Assembly (NCBI GenBank): GCA_003141675.1 | Contig: PLND01000063.1 | Coordinates: forward strand, 30,036 to 94,035 | DNA length: 64,000 nt | Direction of reading: 5' to 3' | Origin: Anaerolineae bacterium | GTDB lineage: Bacteria > Chloroflexota > Anaerolineae > Anaerolineales > RBG-16-64-43 | Shown here: positions 36,641-46,971 of the stretch, one piece after another | Numbering within the stretch: position 1 is the first letter of the stretch | How the letters are laid out: every line of letters starts with the position of its first letter | Notes under the pieces: model-generated | Database searches by the model: none | Told to the model about the DNA's origin: nothing | The model's input: the letters and a program-made list of their open reading frames with translations, nothing else | Position numbers and translations under genes: made by a program

Positions 36641-37010
36641 AAGCTCCTGTTATTGGCCGCGGTGCTTACCCTTCCACTCACCCCTCCCCAGAATGGGGAG
36701 GGGCCGGAGGAGAGGTAAGTAGTGACGAATTGGCTTAGGCGCAATGATTTCCCCCTCTCGATATTTTCCGATCGTCAAACCATATCACAAAGTCCTATTA
36801 TTGGCTGTGGCACTCACCCCTCTCCAGATTGGGGAGGGGCCGGAGGAGAAGTAAGTAGTGACGAATTGGATTTGGTGCAATGATTTGCTCCCTCCCGATA
36901 TTTTCCGATCGTCAAACCATATCACAGAGTCCTATTATTAGCTGTGGCGGTGACCCCTGCCCTCACCCCTCCCCAGATTGGGGAGGGGCCGGGGGAGAGG
37001 TAAGTCTGGT
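36600..37010. repeat. three tandem about 136-149-bp repeat units upstream of the DUF559 gene
   Basis: CCGATC(T/G)TCAAAC landmarks at 36620, 36769 and 36905. Each unit carries the hairpin CCCCTCCCC-AGA(A/T)T-GGGGAGGGG (36681-36703, 36817-36839, 36966-36988) and GTAAGTAGTGACGAATTGG. Unit 1 overlaps the annotated 5' end of the gene. Confidence 0.85.
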
Positions 37011-37056
37011 GACTTTTGTCATTCCTGCCAAAATGAATTAGGGGCCGGGGGAGGGG

Positions 37057-37992
37057 TTACGGCATTGGATGCGCCGCGAAGAAATCCCACATCGCATCCG
37101 TTGCGTCGATATCCTGGGTGGTGATCGCCGCCGGCATGTCCGAGCCCGGCCAGCTGTGTCCTTTCCCCGCGATCGTGTACAGCACGACGTCCGCCCCCTG
37201 GTTGCACCCGCTCCAGGTTTCGCCGGTCACGTCGCCTTTTTGATACGCGACGGCGGGAGTGGAGCCGCAGCCGTTCCGCGAAGCCCACTCGATCGCCCAG
37301 TCCCGCACCGGCAGAAAAAGGGGCGGGATGCCTTGATACGGGAGCAGCTTATCGTCCGTCCCGTGGAAGGCGACCGCCGGAACGGGGCGGCTGGGATTGC
37401 AATCGCCGTACTTCTGATATGCGCCGGAGACGGGTGCGAATGCGGCGAAGAGATCGGCCGCATCGCACGCCAGCCGGTAGCTCATCTCGGCGCCGTTGGA
37501 AATTCCCGTGACGTAAATCCTCCGCCCATCGATGGAGCCTTCCCCTTTCAGCGTAGCCACCAGGTCGCGGATGAACTGTACATCGGCTTTCCCTTCCCCA
37601 AGACTCCCGAAATGCCATGCCTGCGGACTTCCCAAACCTTCCGGATAGGCGGTGATGAACGCGGCCGAATCCGCCTTGGCCGACATCCGGCTGACGGACT
37701 CCGCCTGCTGCGCGTTGGAATTGAAACCGTGCAGATTGACAATCAGCGGCATCGGCCGCCCGGAGGCATAGCCCGGCGGCACATGCAGCCGGAATACGCG
37801 AGTCTGACCATCGACGGAAATCTGGCGGACGGAATCCCCGGACGCAAGCGGCTCCCCGGAAGATGGAAGGGCGGATTGCGCCGGCGGCTGCCGGGATCCG
37901 CCGCGCAGGCTGGACAGCGTGCAACCGGCCGCCAGAAAAACGGCGGCGAATAGAAAGCCGATGATCTTGCGGGGAAAATATTTTTTGGTCAT
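37057..37992 (-). CDS. PHB-depolymerase-family / CE1 esterase lipoprotein
   Basis: Lipobox FLAAGC. PLIVNLHGFNSN, nucleophile elbow GISNGAEM and VAFHGTDD. Confidence 0.85.
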   Translation of the reverse strand: MTKKYFPRKIIGFLFAAVFLAAGCTLSSLRGGSRQPPAQSALPSSGEPLASGDSVRQISVDGQTRVFRLHVPPGYASGRPMPLIVNLHGFNSNAQQAESVSRMSAKADSAAFITAYPEGLGSPQAWHFGSLGEGKADVQFIRDLVATLKGEGSIDGRRIYVTGISNGAEMSYRLACDAADLFAAFAPVSGAYQKYGDCNPSRPVPAVAFHGTDDKLLPYQGIPPLFLPVRDWAIEWASRNGCGSTPAVAYQKGDVTGETWSGCNQGADVVLYTIAGKGHSWPGSDMPAAITTQDIDATDAMWDFFAAHPMP

Positions 37993-38099
37993 AAAGATCC
38001 ATCGGAGTAGGCTATGAATTCCTCAACCTTGGCGCAACAACCCGCTAAGTATTATTTTCCGAATATTGGATGAATTCTTTACTGGAGAGAGGGTCGATT

Positions 38100-38588
38100 T
38101 TATTCGGTGGCGACGCGGACCGGCTTGCCGCCGGTAAGTTGGATCAATTGCGCCGGGGTAAGACGGAACACCGCCCGATCGCTGCCGGCGGAGGCCCATA
38201 TTTCCTCGTAGGCAAGCAGCGTTTCATCAATGAACGTTTCGACGGGATTCAAGTGCCCGACCGGCGCCACGCCCCCCACCGGAAAACCGGTTTGCGCAAG
38301 CACATAATCCGGCGCGGCCATCTCTACATCTTCTCCAGCCGCTTGCGCCAAGGCTGCGACGTCGGCCCGGTGTGCTCCGCCGACTTCCACCAGGTAAGTC
38401 TTACCGGTTTCCCGCCCACGAAACACAAGCGACTTCACAATGCAATTCAAGCCGCAACCCAGCGCGCGCGCCGCATCCCGGGCCGTTCGCGCGCGGTGCG
38501 GGACGCTAACCACCTGCAGTCCGAAACCGGACCGCTCCAGCGCGGCTTGCACTCTGCGGACGGGTTCGTCCGCCGGAGGATCTACCAA
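38100..38588 (-). CDS. YbaK/EbsC-family aminoacyl-tRNA deacylase
   Basis: IVKSLVFR...TGFPVGGVAPVGH blocks. Confidence 0.85.
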   Translation of the reverse strand: MVDPPADEPVRRVQAALERSGFGLQVVSVPHRARTARDAARALGCGLNCIVKSLVFRGRETGKTYLVEVGGAHRADVAALAQAAGEDVEMAAPDYVLAQTGFPVGGVAPVGHLNPVETFIDETLLAYEEIWASAGSDRAVFRLTPAQLIQLTGGKPVRVATE

Positions 38589-39400
38589 CGGTCAAGCTTC
38601 TGCGGACGGGTAACCGAATAAATGATGAACCCCGCGACGCCCAGGAATCCCAGACCGAGCAATCCCAACCACAGCGAGCCTCCCCCTCCGCTCCCGGTAC
38701 CGCTACCGCTGCTGGAAGCGCCGGGCTTGCTGCTTTGGACCGGGAAACTGATATACACTTTATCGCCGGGGGAGAGCGTCAGGTGCTGGTTCATATCGGC
38801 CGTCGGGTTGTAGCCCTTGGGCGCGGCTGCGGCGATGTTGTACTGCCCGGCGGGAATATCCGCAAAGCAATGGGGTTCATTGACCCCATCGGTTGTCCAC
38901 GAGCCCACCTCGGTGCCGTCGGTCAACGCCACACTGATTTGCCCGCCGGCGACCATCCCCTCCGTATCCAACTGCCAGGTCGTGTCGCCATTGGTGTCTT
39001 CGAAAAACGCGACGCAGATTTCCCCCTTGCCCGTCACCGGCAGCGGCGAAGGCGTGGCTGAGGGTAAAAAGGCCAGCGTCGGTTGGTTCACGGTTGGCGT
39101 GACGATGCCCAGGATCAGGTTGATCCCCGCCTGCAACGGATCCTCGCGATGGATGTTATTCAGTCGCTCCAGTTCGTCGAGCGAGACTCCGGTGATGGCG
39201 GAGATTTTCCAGAGCGTATCGCCCGACTGCACCGCGTAGAGAATCCTCCCGTCCGGGAGAGGGGTGGCGGTGAGATAAGCCGTAGGTGCGGCGTTGCCGG
39301 AGGGCATCGAACCGGCGAGAGCCGGAATGGCGGCCAGGGTGATGAAAAGACCGGCGAGAACGGTGGATGAAATAACGGAACGGATCGGGAATCTTCGCAT
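38582..39400 (-). CDS. LysM protein with C-terminal membrane anchor
   Basis: Signal peptide, then LysM YAVQSGDTLWKISAITGVSLDELERLNNI. G/S-rich tail and a terminal TM helix. Overlaps the ybaK-like start by 7 nt. Confidence 0.75.
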   Translation of the reverse strand: MRRFPIRSVISSTVLAGLFITLAAIPALAGSMPSGNAAPTAYLTATPLPDGRILYAVQSGDTLWKISAITGVSLDELERLNNIHREDPLQAGINLILGIVTPTVNQPTLAFLPSATPSPLPVTGKGEICVAFFEDTNGDTTWQLDTEGMVAGGQISVALTDGTEVGSWTTDGVNEPHCFADIPAGQYNIAAAAPKGYNPTADMNQHLTLSPGDKVYISFPVQSSKPGASSSGSGTGSGGGGSLWLGLLGLGFLGVAGFIIYSVTRPQKLDRW

Positions 39401-39743
39401 GGGAAAATCGCTCCAACTCGACGGGATTATAGCGCCTTCGCGGGAAGGTCACTAGGATGGGGAAAAATGCTTGATTACAATGGAAAATGAATCTATGGGA
39501 TCCTTCCTCGCAGCAATTATTCCACCGATAGGTTAATGGGTGCTCTTTTCAGGTAAATAAAATTGGTTGATGAATAAAGATAAACCATTGAAAGAAAAAA
39601 GCGGGAAGCCGACCCAACCCTCTATCCCTTTCCCATAAAGGAAGGAGGAAAAGGAGTTAGGCCATCCGGCCAAGGGAAGAAGGGCAGGGGAGAAGGGTCA
39701 TTATCCGTGCAATCCGTGGCTTTGAACAGTCCGCGCAAAACGA

Positions 39744-39941
39744 TCAACAGCCGACCACGGCCAGCGGGATTCCGATGATCGCGCCGACGATCGTCAGGGA
39801 GACTAGGCCACCCAGTATCATGAGAACGGCGCCAATCACAACCGCCACGAGCCGTCCGGTAAAACCTACGATCACCGCGATCAAACGCCAGAATGCTTTG
39901 AAGGGCCACACAATCCATGGATCGTGATGAGGTTGTGTCAT
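39744..39941 (-). CDS. hypothetical small membrane protein (65 aa)
   Basis: ATG 39941 behind GAGGAG. Two hydrophobic helices (LIAVIVGFTGRLVAVVIGAVLMILGGLVSLTIVGAIIGIPLAVV). Confidence 0.5.
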   Translation of the reverse strand: MTQPHHDPWIVWPFKAFWRLIAVIVGFTGRLVAVVIGAVLMILGGLVSLTIVGAIIGIPLAVVGC

Positions 39942-40180
39942 GGAAACTCCTCGCATCGATGGTTTGCCATACAATCAAGATTACGAAACGGAGGGAAGAT
40001 GGTTGCGAGTGTTATTTGTCCGCCGTCATTGGATTGATGCCCCGGCGAATATTGCGCATCCGGAGGATGATGACAGGGTAAAAAGGCTGGTGAGGGGATT
40101 TTGCAGATCGGCCGCCTCCCAAAGACCCATCCCTGGATGACGAGCGATCGCGCGGAGGTAAGCTCTGGAACAGAGGAGTT

Positions 40181-40615
40181 TTATATCGAAGCCGGAATCC
40201 CCGCCGGTACAGTGGACTCCTTCACCAATTGGTTGAAGGTGATCTCGCGCAGACGCGTGACCAATTCCTCCTGCAACCGGCACCACACCGGGCCCACCAG
40301 ACATTCCTTCCCGAACTGGCAGATGGAGAGGTCAAGGGCGCACTCGTTGATGGACATCGGTCCGTCGATGGCTTCGATGACCTCCAGGAGCGTAACCTCG
40401 CTGGAAGGCCGGGCCAGAGTGACTCCCCCGCGCGCTCCGCGGGAGGTATTCACCAGCCCGGCGACGGAAAGCTGCGAGATGATTTTGGCCAGGAACGAAG
40501 GGGGAATGTGCTTGGCTTCGGCAATCTTATTTGTAGGAGCCCGGCCCTTCTTCTCGTTCTCAGCCAGAAAAAGGATAGCTCGGATGGCGTAATCAGCCTG
40601 GCGTGTGATTTCCAT
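40181..40615 (-). CDS. Rrf2-family transcriptional regulator
   Basis: ADYAIRAILFLA...FLAKIISQLSVAGLVNTSRGARGGVTLAR. Three C-terminal Cys residues may be Fe-S ligands. Confidence 0.9.
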   Translation of the reverse strand: MEITRQADYAIRAILFLAENEKKGRAPTNKIAEAKHIPPSFLAKIISQLSVAGLVNTSRGARGGVTLARPSSEVTLLEVIEAIDGPMSINECALDLSICQFGKECLVGPVWCRLQEELVTRLREITFNQLVKESTVPAGIPASI

Positions 40616-40816
40616 AAGCGCCTTCTTGGGTTATCCGGATGGGAAATATCATATTCCAGGTTTCGGTTTGGAGCAAGTGACAACCTTCCCGTTATACTCA
40701 TCAGAAAGCCGCAATCATCCCATATTCCTGGAAAGGAAGGCTTTTTATTATCCCGGGAAATGGAATACAATCCATAGTCTACCCGCAATCCCGGGGATAT
40801 TGGCTTCGGAGGCTAA

Positions 40817-42169
40817 ATGAAGGAAATATGCGTTATCGGGGTGGGCTACGTTGGACTGGTTACCGCGGCCGGTTTTTCCGACCTGGGGAACCGGGTGATG
40901 GCCCTCGATATCAACCAGGAACGAGTGGAAAACCTGCGCAAGGGAATTCTTCCCATCTACGAACCCGGTCTGGAGGAGGTCGTCTCCCGAAATGTTAAAG
41001 CCGGAAGGCTTTCGTTTACCACGTCCTATGCCGAGGGTTTGAAAAACGCGGAGTTTGCCTTTATCGCGGTCGGAACGCCGGAAGGCGGGGACGGGGAAGC
41101 GGACCTGCGCTATGTGCGAGAGGCGGCCGAGTCCATCGCCGGGGCGATGCAGCAGCCGTTGGTGGTGATCAACAAATCCACCGTCCCGGTCGGCACGGGG
41201 GACTGGGTGGCGGAGATCATCCGCTCCCGCCTTTCCAAACCGCTCCCGTTCTCGGTCGTCTCGTGTCCGGAATTTCTCCGCGAAGGGTCGGCGCTTGCGG
41301 ATTTTCTCAATCCGTCCCGGACGGTGCTTGGATCGATGGACCGGGAGGCGGCCGACAAGGTGGCTCAGTTGCATCTGCCGCTACGCGCACCGATCGTGAT
41401 CACCGATTTGCGCACGGCGGAGATGATCAAATACGCCTCGAACGCCTTCCTGGCGACGAAGATCTCCTTCATCAATGAAATCGCCAACATCTGCGAGGCG
41501 CTGGGCGCCGATGTGAAGGAAGTGGCCAGCGGCATGGGATACGATCCGCGCATCGGCCGCCAATTCCTTGAGGCCGGGATCGGTTACGGCGGTTCGTGCT
41601 TCCCCAAGGACGTGAAGGCGCTGGCCTATATGGCGTCGGTCCAGGGGCGGAACCCGCAACTGCTGCAGGCTGTGATGGATATCAACGAGGACCGCCGCCG
41701 GATGGTGATCGAGCACGTGGAGTCGCTCGCGGGGAAACTGGAGCAATCGGAAATCGGGCTGCTCGGGCTGGCGTTCAAATCCAACACCGACGACATCCGC
41801 GAGGCACCCGCGCTGTGGATCGCGGCGATGCTGAGGGAACGCGGCGCAAAGGTGCGCGCCTATGATCCGGTGGCCATGGAAAACGCCGCCCGGATCATGC
41901 CCGAAATCCGCATGTGCAAGGATCCCTACGAACTTGCCGACGGGATCGATGCATTAGTGGTAGTCACCGACTGGAACGAATTTAAACAGCTGGATCTTTC
42001 GAGGATCCAAAAGCTCATGCGCAAGCCAAACCTGATCGACGGGCGGAACATTTACGAACCGGCGGAGATGAAGCGGCTTGGATTCCATTACCGCGGAATC
42101 GGCCGCGGATATAACGGGGGCAACGCAGGCGCGCCGGCGCTCGCCGGAAAAAAGGACCGCACGCGATGA
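40817..42169 (+). CDS. ugd: UDP-glucose 6-dehydrogenase
   Basis: [14 protein letters not shown] Rossmann motif, catalytic GGSCFPKD and a C-terminal UDP-binding domain. Confidence 0.95.
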   Translation: MKEICVIGVGYVGLVTAAGFSDLGNRVMALDINQERVENLRKGILPIYEPGLEEVVSRNVKAGRLSFTTSYAEGLKNAEFAFIAVGTPEGGDGEADLRYVREAAESIAGAMQQPLVVINKSTVPVGTGDWVAEIIRSRLSKPLPFSVVSCPEFLREGSALADFLNPSRTVLGSMDREAADKVAQLHLPLRAPIVITDLRTAEMIKYASNAFLATKISFINEIANICEALGADVKEVASGMGYDPRIGRQFLEAGIGYGGSCFPKDVKALAYMASVQGRNPQLLQAVMDINEDRRRMVIEHVESLAGKLEQSEIGLLGLAFKSNTDDIREAPALWIAAMLRERGAKVRAYDPVAMENAARIMPEIRMCKDPYELADGIDALVVVTDWNEFKQLDLSRIQKLMRKPNLIDGRNIYEPAEMKRLGFHYRGIGRGYNGGNAGAPALAGKKDRTR

Positions 42170-43476
42170 CCGCGGGCCGCGTCCACCGCGCCCGGTTGCG
42201 CAACGGGCTGCTGGTGTTGCTCAAAGAAATTCATGCCGCACCGCTGATCAGCTTGTGGGTGTGGTACCGCGTCGGCTCGCGCAATGAGCGCGCTGGTCTG
42301 ACCGGCATTTCGCACTGGGTGGAGCATATGCAGTTCAAGGGCACGCCTACCTTCCCGGCCGGCAGCCTCGACCGCGCGGTTTCGCGTGAAGGCGGCTTGT
42401 GGAACGCCATGACCTGGCTGGATTGGACCGCGTATTACGAGACCCTGCCCGCCGACCGGATTGATCTCGGCTTGCGCCTGGAAGCCGACCGCATGACCGA
42501 GAGCAACTTCGCTCCCAAAGAAGTCACTTCCGAACGGACGGTGATCGTCTCCGAACGCCAGGGATACGAGAACGAACCTACCTTCCGGCTCTCCGAGGAA
42601 GTGCAGGCCGCCGCCTTCCGGGTGCATTCGTACCATCACGAAGTGATCGGCGACGTGGCGGACCTCTCCTCGATGACGCGTGACGACCTCTACCGCCATT
42701 ACCATTCCTATTACGCTCCCAACAACGCCCTGGTGGCGGTGGCCGGCGATTTCCAAACCCGGGCCATGCTGGGGCGGATCCGCGAGCTGTTCGGCGCGGT
42801 CTCCGCCGGTACCCCTCCGCCGCAGTCCGCCCGCGCGGAGCCGGCCCAAAAGGGCGAGCGCCGGGTGACGGTAGAAGGACCGGGCGAAACCGCCTACGTC
42901 GAAGTGGCCTTTCACGGGCCGGCGGCGAACGATCCGGATTTTTTTCCGATGATCGTGCTCGACAGCGTACTTGCCGGACCGAGTAATTTTAATATGTTCA
43001 GCGGGGGAATTTCCAACAAGACCTCGCGCTTGTACCGAACCCTTGTGGAAACCGAACTGGCCGCGGGCGTGAGCGGCGGGCTGGCAGCGACGCTGGACCC
43101 GTACCTCTATTCGATCACCGCCACGGTCCGCAACGGGAAAACCCCGGACCAAGTGCTGGCCGCAATGGACGGGGAATTGCGGAAGATCGTGGAGAATCCG
43201 CTGCGCCGCGAGGAGATGGAACGCGCCGTCAAGCAGGCGCGGGCTATTTTCGCCTACGGCAGCGAAACGGTCACCAACCAGGCTTTCTGGATGGGCTACG
43301 CCGAAATGTTCGCCTCGATCGACTGGTTCGATAATTATCTTGCCTCGCTCGCGGCGGTGACGGCCGACGACGTGCAGCGGGTGGCGCATAAGATCCTTTC
43401 GAAGCGCAACCGGACGGTCGGTTTCTATTTGCCGACCGGGGTGGAAAGTAAATCCGACCCGTCGTCCGGCCATTGA
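42166..43476 (+). CDS. M16 (pitrilysin/insulinase) zinc peptidase, active-type subunit
   Basis: Inverted zinc motif [10 protein letters not shown]. Its start overlaps the ugd stop by 4 nt. Confidence 0.9.
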   Translation: MTAGRVHRARLRNGLLVLLKEIHAAPLISLWVWYRVGSRNERAGLTGISHWVEHMQFKGTPTFPAGSLDRAVSREGGLWNAMTWLDWTAYYETLPADRIDLGLRLEADRMTESNFAPKEVTSERTVIVSERQGYENEPTFRLSEEVQAAAFRVHSYHHEVIGDVADLSSMTRDDLYRHYHSYYAPNNALVAVAGDFQTRAMLGRIRELFGAVSAGTPPPQSARAEPAQKGERRVTVEGPGETAYVEVAFHGPAANDPDFFPMIVLDSVLAGPSNFNMFSGGISNKTSRLYRTLVETELAAGVSGGLAATLDPYLYSITATVRNGKTPDQVLAAMDGELRKIVENPLRREEMERAVKQARAIFAYGSETVTNQAFWMGYAEMFASIDWFDNYLASLAAVTADDVQRVAHKILSKRNRTVGFYLPTGVESKSDPSSGH

Positions 43477-43477
43477 A

Positions 43478-44911
43478 GTGCGGAGAATCGGAATGGCTGC
43501 AGTTGCGAAACGTAGAAAAATTGCATCCCGCGGAAAGTCCATCTCGGCGCGCCGGAAGGTGAGGCGGGTTGCCGAACGCCGGCCGCGGATCGAACCGCTG
43601 GATCTGCGCGCGGTTCCGGGCCCCGAGACCGTCGTACGGCGGGTCTTGCCGAACGGTATCATCACGCTGGTGCGCGAGAACTTCCTCAGCCCGTCGGTTG
43701 TCGTCCTCGGATCTCTGTGGGTGGGGGGGTTGGATGAAAGCGACGAGAAGGCCGGCCTCTCGGCGCTCACCTCCACCTGCCTGATGCGCGGAACCGCAAA
43801 GAGAACGTTCCACCAGATCTACGATCTGCTGGAATCCGCCGGCGCGACGCTTTCGTTCGGCGCGGGAATGCACACCACCTCGTTTTACGCGCGCTGCCTG
43901 GCGGAGGATCTGCCCCTGGTGCTGGAGCTAGCGGCGGAAGGGCTACGGATTCCCATTTTTCCACAGGATCAGTTCGAGCGGCTGCGCGGGGAATACCTCA
44001 CCCACCTGACCATCCGCGAACAAGATACCGGGGAGCGCGCGCACATGGCCTTCGCGGAACTGGCCTATGCCGGACATCCGTATGCGCACGACGAGGAAGG
44101 CAACTCGAAAACGGTGCAGGGCATTTCACGTAAAGACTTGCAGGAATTCCACGCCAAACAGTACGGCCCTCGCGGAATGATCCTGACTGTGGCGGGTGCG
44201 GTGCACAGCGCGAAAGCGACCCACCTGGTGGAAAATTTTTTCGGCGATTGGAAAAATCTCGCCCAGACGGAACGCGCGCCGCTTCCGCCCGCGCCGCGGG
44301 CGGCGGAAAAAATGGAAAAATACATATCGCTGCCGGGGAAGAGCCAGGCAGATTTGATCCTGGGAACGCCCGGACCGGCGCGCGCGTCGCCCGAATACCT
44401 TTCCGCGATGATCGGCAATAATATCCTCGGCGTGTTCGGAATGTACGGCCGCATCGGTGACGCGGTGCGTGAGGCGGAGGGCCTGGCGTATTATTCGATG
44501 AGCACGCTCAGCGGGGGCTTGGGCCCGGGTCCGTGGATGGTGGTGGCGGGAGTGAACCCGCACAATGTCCCCCGGGCAGTGGAACTTATCGAGCGCGAGA
44601 TCGCGCGCTTTACTTCGGCCAAGGTGAGCCGGAGCGAACTGGCCGACAGCCAGGCGAGCATCATCGGCCGCATGCCGTTGCAATTGGAATCCAATGAAGG
44701 CGTGGCCGGCTCACTGATGAACATCGAGATTTTCAACCTTGGGCTGGACTATTACCAGCGCTTCCCGGACTTGATCCGCGCAGTCACCGCGGAACAGATT
44801 CTGGAAACTGGGCGGCATTACCTGCAACCCGGGAAGATGGCGCTGGCGGTGGCCGGCCCGCCGAAGGAAGAAAGGACAACCAATGCTGCGGGTGGGAACC
44901 GACCTGATTGA
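43478..44911 (+). CDS. M16-family peptidase, non-catalytic-type subunit
   Basis: M16 fold blocks are present but there is no HxxEH motif. Starts 1 nt after the previous stop. Confidence 0.85.
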   Translation: MRRIGMAAVAKRRKIASRGKSISARRKVRRVAERRPRIEPLDLRAVPGPETVVRRVLPNGIITLVRENFLSPSVVVLGSLWVGGLDESDEKAGLSALTSTCLMRGTAKRTFHQIYDLLESAGATLSFGAGMHTTSFYARCLAEDLPLVLELAAEGLRIPIFPQDQFERLRGEYLTHLTIREQDTGERAHMAFAELAYAGHPYAHDEEGNSKTVQGISRKDLQEFHAKQYGPRGMILTVAGAVHSAKATHLVENFFGDWKNLAQTERAPLPPAPRAAEKMEKYISLPGKSQADLILGTPGPARASPEYLSAMIGNNILGVFGMYGRIGDAVREAEGLAYYSMSTLSGGLGPGPWMVVAGVNPHNVPRAVELIEREIARFTSAKVSRSELADSQASIIGRMPLQLESNEGVAGSLMNIEIFNLGLDYYQRFPDLIRAVTAEQILETGRHYLQPGKMALAVAGPPKEERTTNAAGGNRPD

Positions 44912-45248
44912 GATCGACCGCATCGAGGAAGCCGTCAGTCGCTGGGGGGAGCGGTTTCTGGAGCGGATCTTCACGCCATCGGAACGCGCCGCCTACGGCG
45001 AGCGTATCTCCTCCCTGGCCGCGCGGTTTGCCGCAAAAGAGGCCGCCTCCAAGGCGCTCGGCACCGGAATGATGACCGAGATCCCCTGGACCGACATCGA
45101 AGTACTTACCGGGCCGGCCGGCGAGCCGGGGTTGCATTTGCACGGGCACGCCCGCGATCGGGCTCAGCGGCTTGGATTGACCGAATGGGCGCTGAGCCTT
45201 TCCCATTCCGGCGGGCATGCGCTGGCCGTTGTGGTGGCGATGGGGTAA
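44883..45248 (+). CDS. acpS: holo-[acyl-carrier-protein] synthase
   Basis: VGTDLIEIDRI...FAAKEAASKALGTG...SLSHSGGHALAVVV. Overlaps the upstream gene by 29 nt. Confidence 0.9.
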   Translation: MLRVGTDLIEIDRIEEAVSRWGERFLERIFTPSERAAYGERISSLAARFAAKEAASKALGTGMMTEIPWTDIEVLTGPAGEPGLHLHGHARDRAQRLGLTEWALSLSHSGGHALAVVVAMG

Positions 45249-45375
45249 GCGGGTCGCATAGCTCTGCGCGCGCCGGTGCGTGATCGGAATCCGCCTTGGT
45301 CGGCGGCCCGGCGGCTGTTGTCGGGATCTCCCCTGCGTTCTATTATCATTGCCTTAAAGCTCGGAGGATTTAGCG

Positions 45376-46818
45376 ATGTTGGAACGAGTTGCTTTCGTCT
45401 CCATTTTTAAACAAGGTTACGGAGGCGGGGAAGGGCGGGCCGCGCACGAACTCGCGCGCCGGTTCGCCGACGACTACGATACCGCCTTGATCGTTCCGGG
45501 CGACAAGGCCGGATTGGTATTCGACGGCACCCGGTTAAAAGTGCTGCAGTTGCGGAAGGTCGGGAAAGGCAACGCCTGTGTACCCCAGCTTTCTCAGGAG
45601 AATATCCGACTCCTCTTCGGTTTTCTTGACGAATACGAACCCGACATCGTCCATGCCCACGACCCGGCCCTGACCGGGCTCCTGGCGCAAATCTGGGCGA
45701 AGATGCGCGCCAAGCCCTTTGTCCATACTTCGCACATTCTGCCCGGGAGAATAATGGATTTCGGCGTCAAGGAAGTGGCGAATATTCCGGAAGGTTTTCT
45801 GGCCGACGCCTTCACTCACGATTACATGAATTCGTTTTACCGCAACTGTGACGCCATCATCGCGCTCAACCAACCCATGGTCGACCGCTTCCGCCAGTAC
45901 GGGTACACGGGACGGATGTTCGTCATTCCCAACGGGCGGAACCTCGAACAGTACAGTCCATGTCGCAACGCCGACCTGGGGACGAAGGACATCCTTCTGA
46001 CGTACATCGGTTTCATCAGCCGGCGCAAGAACCAATCTTTCCTGATCGAGGCGCTTGGCCATCTTCCGCCCCGCTACCGGCTGCAGATCGTCGGGGTCCC
46101 GCTTAATCCCGCGTTTTTGGATCAACTGAAACGGACCGTGCACCAGGCCGGATTGGACGACCGGGTCGACTTCCCGGGGGAAATCAGCCACAAGGAAATT
46201 CCCGCGCTTCTCGAGCGAACCCATGTTTTGGTGTCGGCGTCGAAGATGGAAGTGCAAAGCCTGGTGGTGATCGAAGCGCTCGCCTCGGGCACGCCGGTGG
46301 TGGGGCTCGCCAACGAAACTATGGACGAACTGGTGGACGATTCCGTCGGATGCCGGCTTTCCAAGGAAACCACGCCCGAAGCGTTTGCCCGAAGCATCGA
46401 GCGGGTGTGCGCGCTCTCGCAGGCGGAGTACGACCGGTTGTGCGAAAACGCGCGCCGGCGGGTGGAAACTATGGATTGGAGCGTGGTGGTCGGCCGCACT
46501 TCGGAAGCTTACGGAAAGATTCTGGAGGATGCGGCGTCCTTCCAACCCGACCAAAACCGGCTTTCCAAGATCATCGACCTCGTGCCGTCGCATCCGGTGA
46601 GGAATTTCCTCCATCGGTGGGCGGCCGATACGGGGGAGGGCGGAAAAGGCGTGCGTAGCGTGCCCATCCGCACCTGGGTCTTTACCAGCCTGTCGGTGGC
46701 GCTTTCGATGGCGGTGCAATTGGACCGGAGCCGCCGCGCGGTGCTGCTGCGGCGCAAGCACAAGGGGTCGACGGGAAAACTGACCGCACCGGACGGGGGA
46801 TTAAAAGGGGAAAGTTAA
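45376..46818 (+). CDS. GT4-family glycosyltransferase with C-terminal extension
   Basis: E-x7-E region SKMEVQSLVVIEALASGTPVVG. About 100-aa tail with one hydrophobic helix. Confidence 0.85.
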   Translation: MLERVAFVSIFKQGYGGGEGRAAHELARRFADDYDTALIVPGDKAGLVFDGTRLKVLQLRKVGKGNACVPQLSQENIRLLFGFLDEYEPDIVHAHDPALTGLLAQIWAKMRAKPFVHTSHILPGRIMDFGVKEVANIPEGFLADAFTHDYMNSFYRNCDAIIALNQPMVDRFRQYGYTGRMFVIPNGRNLEQYSPCRNADLGTKDILLTYIGFISRRKNQSFLIEALGHLPPRYRLQIVGVPLNPAFLDQLKRTVHQAGLDDRVDFPGEISHKEIPALLERTHVLVSASKMEVQSLVVIEALASGTPVVGLANETMDELVDDSVGCRLSKETTPEAFARSIERVCALSQAEYDRLCENARRRVETMDWSVVVGRTSEAYGKILEDAASFQPDQNRLSKIIDLVPSHPVRNFLHRWAADTGEGGKGVRSVPIRTWVFTSLSVALSMAVQLDRSRRAVLLRRKHKGSTGKLTAPDGGLKGES

Positions 46819-46971
46819 CAATACGCATCAGGAATTTGTACGTGGATTGCGTGGATTAGAAAAATTTCGCAGAAATTAGAATTTCGGCAACAAAAAGTAT
46901 TTGGTCCTTCCGCTTAATCCGGTTTTATCGGTGAAATCCGTGTACAAGATCTCCAAGTGATATTACATTCT

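Noticed and set aside
36600-37010. Possibility that the three tandem units are a CRISPR array
   Set aside because: The units are 136-149 bp and contiguous, and they are similar along their whole length. There are no short conserved repeats alternating with unique spacers, and no cas genes in the window.
42088-43776. 562-aa ORF (-) antisense to the M16 peptidase genes
   Set aside because: Antisense shadow ORF. The sense strand has the HxxEH peptidase with clear motifs. No domain is recognisable in the antisense product.
45535-46761. 408-aa ORF (-) antisense to the GT4 glycosyltransferase
   Set aside because: Shadow ORF. The sense strand carries the GT4 E-x7-E signature.
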